Assembly (NCBI GenBank): GCA_043381765.1
Contig: JBHJMP010000530.1
Span: 1 to 49,493 of the forward strand
From: Collodictyon triciliatum
Taxonomy: Eukaryota
Direction: 5' to 3'
Length of the DNA stretch: 49,493 nucleotides
The translations under genes and the position numbers were made by a program. Of the stretch, positions 12,344-37,900 are shown one piece after another (the stretch's first letter is position 1; every line of letters begins with the position of its first letter). The notes below the pieces were generated by a model. That model did not search any database and was not told the DNA's origin. It worked only from the letters and a program-made list of their open reading frames with translations.

Positions 12344-15300
12344 ATGGAAGCCCCAATCTTCGACGCGTCATCCATCCAGCTGGGCAGCGAACTCGGCAGA
12401 GGCGGCTTCGGCGCCGTCGTGAAGGCCACCCTGAACGTCCACACAACCGTGGCTGTGAAGATCATCCAGGACCTGTTGCAGCCCGTCGGGGACATCCAAA
12501 AGGAGGCCAACTTGATGATCCGCGTCACACATCCGCACGTCGCAAAGTGCTTCGGCATGTACCGCGATGGGAGGGTGGTGGGCATGGTCATGGAGTATGC
12601 TGACGCAGGCAGTCTGTCGCGCGCCATCCACGCCAAGCCCGGCGGCCTCTCCTACGCCGAGATATGCATGTACGGCAGCCAGGTCTCGTCCGGCATGGAG
12701 GCGCTCTACGCTGTCTACAACATTGCTCATCGTGACATCAAGCCGGCAAACATCATCATGGTGACGTCCTACGACCCGGAGGCTCGCTCGGCCCGCCTGA
12801 CTGCAAAAATCACCGACTTTGGCCTTTCCAAGATGAAAAAAACAACCGCCGATGTATCCCACATGAATCCCAGCAGCGGCTTTCGGGGGACTGTCACATA
12901 CGCGGCCCCCGAGTGCTTGGGTATCAATTGCGAGAAGGAGGAGCACCTCGGTGAAAAAAGCGATGTCTACTCCTTCAGTCTTGTCCTGCACGAAATGTGC
13001 TCTGGAGAGATCCCATACGCCGGCTTCAACGTCTCCAAATTCATCACCGAGATGACCAAAGGAAAACGTATGCCAATTCCTGCAAACATGACCAACGACA
13101 TGGCCGAGATTGTCACCAGGGCATGGAGGCAGGACCCGACCCAGCGCCCATCCTTCACCCAAATCACAAAGTCTCTCAATAGAATGTCCGATAATCTTTC
13201 CCGGGGGATTACTTCGACTCCGATTCCTGACATTGTCCGGCTCCTGGACCCACCTCAGGCAAGCAGTTTGGTTGGTTCCCTCAACAAAGGTGCTGTGCTT
13301 TCACCCAGAAACGAGCCACCCCGACCAATCGCCCAAGTAAATCCTTCTGCAGTTACATCTCCCAGAGCCTCGGTTAAGGTGGAGCCTCAAAAGGATTCTG
13401 CTAGTTCTGCTTCCAAGACAGGAGACAATCGCACCGGAAAAATTAACATCCCTGCAATATTCAACGCATGTTCAAGCGGCGGATTGCCTATCAAGACTGG
13501 CCCACTCCCAAAGTCTTCAAGTACATGGTCGCAAAACCCAAACGCCCCTTTAAATGTACAGAGTGAACAAACATATCCTAAAAGTACAGAGGTCGTACCT
13601 GAAAGCCGGACCGAATATAACCCGAGAAGTCCTCCACAAGTATTGTCTCCTAGAAACTCGATCATGGTAATCATCAACTTTCATATGACCGACTGCTTCA
13701 ACCATCGACAACGCATTATTTCAACCTATCGGGCCCAATTATTCATTGTTTCTCTCCATCCTTTTACTCCCCTCTCTGAATTTCTCTCTTTCATTTTCCT
13801 GCTATTCCACTTGTATCCTTCCCCTTACTCTCTTTGTCTTTGTTTTTCACTTTCCCTGTCGTAATAGGAAGATGTACCTCTCAATATTTTCCCTGTGGGA
13901 AGCCAGGTAAAGCTGGCAGAGAATTACAAACTGTATGGTGATGCAACAAGTGGACCTCTTCGTCCTGGTTTGCTAGGGACTGTGGTGGCCATGTCCTCCG
14001 GCCCAAATCCAAAGTACAAAGTCAAGGACCAAAACAACACCGAATGGTGGTATGAATTTGGAGCGCTTTCTCTCTTTACAGGAATGACAGAGCGCATTTC
14101 TTTTCCAAAAGTCCCCCCAGCACCAAGTGTCCAAAGCAACTTTGTATCTCCAAGAAATTCTGCTGCCATGGCAAAGCCACAAGGAAAAGTCACGTCTGAC
14201 CTGGCTCGAGCTGGGCTTAAAGTTTGTCGAGGACCTGATTGGAACTGGGCAGAGCAGGATGGTGGCAAAGGCGAGGTAGGTGTGTTGATGGAGCCAACAG
14301 TTAAAGGTTGGTGGTTTGTGGAGTGGGAATCAGGAAACTGCAACCACTACCGTGTTGGTGGAGAAGGGTGCTTTGACCTTGTGTTTGTAGACCCATGGAA
14401 GCAAGCATCCGAGTCTGATATCCCCATCGGGACTTATGTGATTCTATCGCAAGGCTTCAAGGATTGCCCCGATGCAGCAAACGGACCACTGCAGCCCGGA
14501 GATGTTGGTATTGTCAAGGAAAACGACAAATCAAGCAAGCCTTACAAGGTAGAAACAGCATCAGGCAAGGTCTACTGGTACAAATCTAGCGTCTTGCAGA
14601 AGTTTGATAGCTCCTCTGTAGCTGTGGGAGATAAAGTAACCAAGGTGCTTGCTCGGTCTGGATTGAAAGTGTGCCGAGGTCCAGACTGGAAATGGGGGAA
14701 TGCAGACGGCGGGAAGGACAGTGTGGGCGTGCTCATCGAATCACCATCACAAGGGTATTGGAAGGTCAAATGGCAGACCAACGAGATGGGAACCTACCGA
14801 GTAGGGGCAGAGGGTGCCTTCGACCTTAAATTTGCAAAAAACGAAAACTCTGTCACCAGTCGGCCGAAAGTGGGAGGGTATGTTAGACTATCGAATTGCT
14901 CTCAAAGTGAAAGTTCATCAGGCCCACTCTCTCTTCAAGATGTAGGACTAGTGATTCAATACAACAGCTCGAGTAAACCATATCAAATTCGAGGGCCATC
15001 TGGAAAACAAGGATGGTATGATACTTACTCAGTTCTAACTTGCGAAGCGCCGGCCAGTGGTGTTGGTTCTGTCATTACAGCGTTGAACGTGAAAGATGGT
15101 TTGCGTGTCTGTAGAGGGCCAAATTGGAACTCAGGCAACCAAGACGGAGGAAAAGGTAATCTTGGCACGATTGAAGCTGCCTCTGGTAGGGAGGGCTGGT
15201 GGAATGTGCGCTGGGACAACGGGTACGTAGGCAAGCATCGCGTGGGTGCCGAATCTTCTTTTGATTTGGAATATGCCGACCAAAGTTCCAAGGCTCCTCT

Positions 15301-16801
15301 TATTTCCAAGCTCAATGTTGGTGACTACGTGAAGCTGGTGCGCAATTTTAGAGATTTCGAAGACACAGTTGATGGAACCATGAAGCCTGACCAGCTGGGA
15401 TTAGTGGTGAGTGTAGAAGAATCGAGTAAGCCTTACAAAATCAAAGCTGAAAACGGGAAAACCTGGTGGTACACGGGAGCTGCCTTGATGAAATCAGGCT
15501 CAGAGTGCCCAAAGTCAGCTGGGAGCAAAGTGACTGCACTAAACGCAAAGGTGGGATTAAGGGTGCGTCGCGGACCGGGATGGACATCAGGCAACCAGGA
15601 TGGAGGGAAAGGTAAGTCAGGAAAGTTGAAGAATGAGGCTCGAGTGGGTGTTTGGACCGTTGTATGGGACACAGATGATTCAGGAAATTACTGTGTCGGT
15701 GAAAACGATGTATACGAACTTGAAATATCAGATGCGCCATTGCCAGCTCCACCAGCTCCAACAGCTCCAACAGCTCCACTAGTACCAAAAGCAACGACGA
15801 GTATAGTGGGTAGCAAAGTTGTACTTGCAAAGGGATACGAGAGCCACGGAGATGCCAAGGACGGCCCGTTGACACCCGGAGTGGAAGGGGTTGTGGTCGC
15901 GGATGACGGGTCAACCAAGCCGTACAAAGTGAAGGGCCCGAGCGGGAAGGAGTGGTGGTACCACAAAGAAGCGCTGACAACTCCAGGAAGTGCAAACGCC
16001 GTGCACCATCTGGCCGGGCAGCGCGTCACAGAGTCGAACGCAAAGGCGGGCCTGGCCGTGTGCCGCGGGCCGGACTGGAAGTGGGGCGACCAGGACGGCG
16101 GGAACGGGGCGGTCGGGACGCTGAGAGAGGGGTCGTCCAGCAGGGGCTGGTTCAAAGTGGAGTGGGCCAACGGCAACTCAAACAACTACCGGGTCGGCGC
16201 CGACGGCAGCCACGACCTGGTCTTTGCGGGAGGGGCGGTTTCAGGCAGCATCACGGTGGGCAGCAAGGTTGTGCTGGCGCGCAGGTTCATGAGGCACGGA
16301 GATGCCAAGGACGGCCCGCTGTCGCCGGGAATCCAGGGCACGGTTGTTGCGGACGACGGGTCGACCAAGCCGTACAAGGTGCGTGCGCCGAACGGGCGGG
16401 AGTGGTGGTATCACAAGGACGCAGTGACCACTCCAGGAAGTGCAAACGCCGTGCACCATCTGGCCGGGCAGCGTGTCACAGAGTCGAACGCAAAGGCGGG
16501 CCTGGCCGTGTGCCGCGGGCCGGACTGGAAGTGGGGCGACCAGGACGGCGGGAACGGGGCGGTCGGGATGCTGAAGCGGGCGGACACCAAAGGCTGGTTC
16601 AAGGTGGAGTGGGCCAACGGCAACTCAAACAACTACCGGGTCGGCGCCGACGGCTGCCACGACCTGGTCTTTTCCCTGAACCCGGAGGGCGCAGACTCGG
16701 ACGCCGACCAAGACTCCGACTCCGGCTCAGACTCCGGGGTCCCGGCCAACCTGCAGGGCCTGCTTCTGCTGCTCGCACTGCGCCGCGCCCTGGCCGACTA
16801 G
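12344..16801 (+). CDS. TKL-group Ser/Thr kinase with six tandem [SH3-like + MIB/HERC2] dyads (about 1418 aa, two exons)
   Basis: Kinase motifs GRGGFG, VAVK, HRDIKPAN, DFG, YAAPE, SDVYSF, W..DP..RPSF. A phase-0 GT-AG intron at 13667-13867 joins the 12344 and 13895 ORFs in frame. Six copies of the MIB/HERC2 signature (V.RGP.W....DGG...G...W.V.W......Y.VG.....DL) alternate with six GPL.PG..G.V.....KPYKV....G..WWY repeats. Confidence 0.9.
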
Positions 16802-17160
16802 GAGCCCTGGCCGACACCCCGGAAGAGACGCCGGCAATAAAGCCGCAGGGCAAAAAGCCACCATGCGCACGCAGCCCGTGGCCACCCTCTGCAGGGCCGC
16901 GCGGCTGTGGTGGGCTGCGGTCTGTCCGCCTGTTTGCAAGGGGAAGCGGCCGGCAGATCAGACCGAGGCCAACAGCATGATGCGAATGAGAGGAAAGGAA
17001 AGAAAGGATAGGAATGAAGCGAGAAGCGAGAAGTGAAGTGAAGGAAAGGGAAGGAAAGGAACGGAAAACGAAACGAAAGGAAAGAAAGAATAGGAAAGGA
17101 AAGGGAAACAAGAGGCTAAGCAGGACACACACAGGCCCATATCCCCGGATCGGAAGGCAG

Positions 17161-19321
17161 ATGGGTCTGCAGCGCGTGGCTCTCGGGTGCGCTCGCGCCT
17201 CTGCGAAAGTCTTTGTGCGCTGCGTCGGTCCAGTCCTCGTGCTCTTTGCGCTCGGCCTGATGTCGTTCCTTGTGCAGCTCTACTACGCGCTGATCGTCCC
17301 GCTCGTCTTCCCCGACACCGTCGCGTTCCACGTACGTCTTTGCCGCGGCTGCGCAACCGTGCGACTCTGACTCGCTTTCCTCTCTCCCCCTTTTTTGCAG
17401 TCACTGCACCTGCCGCTGACGGCGTTCCTGGTCTTCAACATGGCCTTCAACTACCTGCGCGCCGTCTTTGTTGCTCCGGGGCTGCCACCCTTGGCTAAGG
17501 TATCTCGTTCTTTTGTCGTTCTTTTGTCGTTCTTTTCTCATACTGTTCTGCACCTCGCTCTCGGCCGTGTCTGTTGCTGACATCCATCCTTTCTCATGAT
17601 GTTCCTCCCAGGGCGACGGCGACAACGATTGTGACGGTGATGGTGATGCTATTGCTGGCTCGATGGAAGCAGGGACACTTCTGCCTCTGCGTGACTCTGC
17701 AGTCGCCTTAAAGTCCTGCAAGAAATGTCTGTTTCTCGAGGGTGCAGTTTCAGTCCCCCGCGCTTCTATCTGCTACTTTACATCTCATGATTAATTAAAA
17801 TATTTCATCCACTTTCTATGTATTCGAATCATATCATAATCCAGGAGGTTGTAAAAGGAATCCTCCATGCACATTTTTTTCTCCAAACAAAAAATTATAG
17901 CTGGTAATACAACAATACTAAAAGCTACACTTAATCGTTGTATCTCAAAGGCAAACGCCGGAAGCCTCCACGAGCACACCACTGCCATATATGCAACGTG
18001 TAATATAAAGCGAGAACATACATTTTAACATCAGTATTATTAACCAAAAACAAACGTTCCTATCATCGCGTTCTGTACATAATAACAATTTTTTTTCAAT
18101 CTATGCAATTTTCTGTCCTAATCATTAATGCGATGCATCAATTATTATCCCAACAAGCTAATATATACAATTCATTCTTAGGTGCGTCCTCCGCATGGAT
18201 CATCATTGTCGTATCCAGAAAACTTTCATTTTACACTCTCCTAAAGTCATTTCTCGTCGGTTCGTAATCCATAATCGTATATGAAGCGCGGAATATTTCT
18301 TTAACCCTTGATTTTGCGCTATTTTGCGTAATATTTTTTTTTAAAAAAAAAAAGCGTGGATAAATAATTGTGTGGGATTCTACAACCACAAATATTTTGT
18401 GCTTTTTCTATTCTACACAATCGTGTGCTGCCTTTGGCTAACGTTCACGTCAGCCATTCCGCTTTTCCTGTCGGTAAGTGGAACAAATCGATTATGAAAA
18501 AAAAAACACCCCTTCCTCCCTGAACCCTTGCCACTCGCTACCAACACACAAGTGGATTGACGCATGCATCTGAGCATCTCTTTGTGCCCTCCATATAGTT
18601 CATAGTTTATTATATGGCACACATTTACACCCATGCAAGAAACCCTTAGACACCTCACAAAAGAAAAAATCTTGATATGTATGCAATAGACAAAGACCTT
18701 GGGTGTTACAAAGAATCTAAGTCTGACTTTCGCGTTTGTATTCGGCATCGCTGTCTCTGTATCGGTCGGGGTTTTGGCTTCGTGGCAGTTCTACCTTGTA
18801 TTCACGTCGCAAACAACCATCGACTTTTACCAGTTCAATGAAGACCAACGCGATGCAAAACTTAGAGGAGAGGCATGGCTGAACCATTCTTCGATCCGAA
18901 CATCATAGCCGTATATCCCATCCCAACCACCAGACCTCTTTTACAACACAAGCCGGGAATATGGACGAAGAAAAAATTTATGCTGATGCTCGCTTAATAT
19001 CATAGATTTTAAGCAACCCGTACGACCTTGGGTATCGAGAAAACTTGAGAGTCTTTTTTGGGACTGGAAGGTAAAGCCACCCACGAAAATATACATAATG
19101 AGCTTGAAATCGTGAGCGATGAATTTAACTGCTGCGACTTTGACTCTAGAAATAACAATGTCTCTGCAAATCATATGTATATTCGGTATTTTCTCATCCT
19201 GATACGCCATATTTTGATGTGTAGAAATTTATGGACGTTGTTTTTTCCGTCGCTGAGCCCTCCACCTGGAGATGGAATGCGATTTCCCACCATCCACAAC
19301 AGTTTCTCAAAAGATGTCTGA
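17161..19321 (+). CDS. DHHC-type protein S-palmitoyltransferase (multi-exon)
   Basis: Spliced CKK|CKRRKPPRAHHCHICNV|CVLRMDHHC|PWINNCVGFYNHKYF, flanking transmembrane segments, QTTIDF, NPYDLGYRENLRVFFG and PPPGDG. Stop at 19319-19321. Confidence 0.93.
18211..18354 (+). other. Probable U12-type GT-AG intron at DHHC|PW
   Basis: 5' end GTATCCAG, branch-like TTTCTTTAAC (18296-18305), A-rich 3' end (AAAAAAAAG). Phase 1, splitting the Pro codon after DHHC. Confidence 0.55.
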
Positions 19322-19332
19322 GTCCAGTGGGT

Positions 19333-19418
19333 GTTTTTTTTGTTTTTTTTTTTTTGTTTTTGTTTTTTTTGTTTTTGTTTTTTTTGTTTTTGTTTTTGTT
19401 TTTTTTGTGTTTTTTTTT
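19333..19418 (+). repeat. (TTTTTG)n tract between convergent stop codons
   Basis: Seen directly. Confidence 0.9.
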
Positions 19419-19459
19419 AAGGTGGAGAAGGACTAGGTTCTCAGAGTTTGCGACCCTCC

Positions 19460-34608
<15,149 letters not shown>

Positions 34609-34988
34609 GGACTTCTGCAGATGGGATGTATTTCGAGTGTGAGGTGGGGGCTGCGGGGGCTGCGATGCTGTGCGGCTTCTGCGCGTGTGTTGTGGCGCCC
34701 ACAAACTGCATCGTGTCCGAGTGTTTCGATTGACAAGCGCCCCGCCCGCACGGACTCCACCGCTTATGCTCCCCTGCATGCGTTTGCTTTCTTTGAATTT
34801 CTGGCCGTGGTGCGCATCGCCACAAAGCCGGCCGGGTCGCGAGTGCCGCTTGTTTGACAGGCAAACGCTTCGTTTTCAGGCGGCATTTTGCGACGCATGC
34901 AATGGTGGCTGGGCGGTCCGCTCCAGTCTCCCCCGCGTCACTCCCACAGCACGGCAGAAGAGTCCATTGCACTTTCCAATGTCCAGGG

Positions 34989-37900
34989 TCAGAGGGAGCC
35001 GCTTCCTCTTATTCCAAAACACAGTCGTAAATATGGGATGCCTGGATTCAACTCGCCAGCCTTGATAGCGGTATACATATTCCCTTCCCACTCCACTGGA
35101 ACAATATGAATTAAATGTCCTCAGACCCTAACTTGCCTGTTGTTCAGGAGCCCCTCTTTCATGACATGTGGCCGCAGTGTTCTTCTAAAGGGGAAAGAGG
35201 CACCTCAACATCATGAAATACATTGCATGGCAGTGTACAATTATCCTTACATGAAAATGCAGGGGAAGATTATAATCGCCACTTTCCAAGATTAAATTAG
35301 CGCAGTGACTCCAGTCGCTGTATTTCTTAAACGAGTTGAGGCGCATGACATTGTCGAGATGGTACTTATTCTATTAACGTGCTCCGCCATAAATCACTTA
35401 TTGAAGCACAGCAGAATCGTGCAGTCAAAAAGGCAAGAATCAAATCAAAAAGGTCACGAAAGGTTCGCTAGTTTGAGAGGGGAAAAGAGCTTTTAAAGAC
35501 GAATATATTATCATGTTTCATACAAAAAAAATTTTGAACGACAGCAAGGAGGGGTATGTTCCCCGAGATTAATTTTTGTACTGTATTNNNNNNNNNNNNN
35601 NNNNNNNNNNNNNNNNNNNNNNNNNNNNNNNNNNNNNNNNNNNNNNNNNNNNNNNNNNNNNNNNNNNNNNNNNNNNNNNNNNNNNNNNNNNNNNNNNNNN
35701 NNNNNNNNNNNNNNNNNNNNNNNNNNNNNNNNNNNNNNNNNNNNNNNNNNNNNNNNNNNNNNNNNNNNNNNNNNNNNNNNNNNNNNNNNNNNNNNNNNNN
35801 NNNNNNNNNNNNNNNNNNNNNNNNNNNNNNNNNNNNNNNNNNNNNNNNNNNNNNNNNNNNNNNNNNNNNNNNNNNNNNNNNNNNNNNNNNNNNNNNNNNN
35901 NNNNNNNNNNNNNNNNNNNNNNNNNNNNNNNNNNNNNNNNNNNNNNNNNNNNNNNNNNNNNNNNNNNNNNNNNNNNNNNNNNNNNNNNNNNNNNNNNNNN
36001 NNNNNNNNNNNNNNNNNNNNNNNNNNNNNNNNNNNNNNNNNNNNNNNNNNNNNNNNNNNNNNNNNNNNNNNNNNNNNNNNNNNNNNNNNNNNNNNNNNNN
36101 NNNNNNNNNNNNNNNNNNNNNNNNNNNNNNNNNNNNNNNNNNNNNNNNNNNNNNNNNNNNNNNNNNNNNNNNNNNNNNNNNNNNNNNNNNNNNNNNNNNN
36201 NNNNNNNNNNNNNNNNNNNNNNNNNNNNNNNNNNNNNNNNNNNNNNNNNNNNNNNNNNNNNNNNNNNNNNNNNNNNNNNNNNNNNNNNNNNNNNNNNNNN
36301 NNNNNNNNNNNNNNNNNNNNNNNNNNNNNNGTAACAAAGTTAGGGGAACCCCCTGAAAAAATCAAAATGAAATAGAGTAATAAAGGACATTTAAAGCACA
36401 AAAAGAAAACCTTCTTCATGAGAGATGTTACAAAGGAGATGCTGATTTCTGTGTTTTCCATCAGCTCAACTATATATATGAAGGTATCCAGCCTAAACAT
36501 ATGAAAATTTGATGCCTGGTCAGTTGGCTGGTTAAACTTGGCTAGAGAGTAAGATGCGTACGTCAGATTCGCGGGTGTCATGAGAATGGCCTCCACGCCA
36601 GATTTCAGCCTATGTAAGGAGTCCATGGATACAGGAATTTCAGCTGCATTAGAGCATTGTGATATATGGATGAAGTCGGCCAGCAAAACGAGAAGTAGCC
36701 TGTTAAGCAAGGATCGTGTGGACATTAGCAACAGTATATAAATGGTTTAAAATGGGAAGGTTGAATGGATTTGAATCAACTGCTCCATAAGCACGCTCGG
36801 TTGGATCGTTTCCATGAAATCCAAAACCTTCAAGGTATATGTCCGGTTATTTATTTGGGGTTTCAAATTTGCTCGTTTAAAAGCAATAAATTATCTGTGT
36901 GAAATACAAGTAGTAGTTGCTATGTATCTTTAATATCAGCAAAATACATCATGTGTTAAAATTGTTTAGCGGAAACCCCTACAAATTCGGCCTCCTTTGT
37001 GTAGTCATACAGCGCGTCTTGATTAGCCGCAGATATAGGCTTTGCCTCCTAGACCATGGCACAGTTTTTATAAATTAGAGGTCAAAAAGAAAAAGACGAT
37101 TGTTGACGTATGTACACTTGAAAAGAGTGATATGTATAAATAGAAAAAAGTGGACAAAGGGGATTACTAACCTTCCATAAATTTTGCCATAAATTACCAG
37201 GATGAGTCATCCTTTGGCTTAGCTTTCCATTTAATATCATGGAATTTTTCATTTGAGGAGACGACTCTGGGTGCTGGCCAAGATTCCTATTTGATTAATT
37301 GAATTGTCATTATTTTTGGTACGTAGTTGTAGTCGTTAAGAAGTTGTATGATTTTGATCATAATTTTATTATGAAGTATTTGCTAAAACTGTTATATGTT
37401 AGAATCCGATAAGATAGAGTGATATTATAAGTAAAATTAAATACTGAATCCTGAAAAAAAAAATAATTCTATATCCCTTCGTGGAAAAAATAGAGAAAAA
37501 AGAAGATATTATTTTCATACGGTTCAACTATCCAGTCGCGAGGCGAATGCCACCGTACAAAATCTTCTAAAAGTGCTCCTGGATTAGCAGCCTTGAAAGC
37601 CTGCATGTCTGGTTGGGGAAAAGTTTCAAATCATTTGACTATACAAAAAAATTCTAAACTCGGTTCCATCTCCGCTTCAAAATAACACTGCTGTGAATAA
37701 TTGACATGCCCACAAGTTTAAAAAAATCACTACCTGAAAAGAGAGAAGCGCTTTGAAGGCGCGCTCGATAATTTGTTGCCTCTTCGGTGGTTCCTAACAG
37801 GCAAAATATCTCCTGTTGTCGTTGGATCATATCCTCTGTTATTGGTGGGCATTCCTGGAATAGAAGAGAAATATTAATACATCACATATCGAAATACACA

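Noticed and set aside
15952-16980. 342-aa alternate-frame ORF
   Set aside because: GC-rich shadow frame of the kinase repeat region.
35468-36731. Long ORFs across the N-gap
   Set aside because: Artefacts of the N run; only the RAB3GAP1 exon portion is real.
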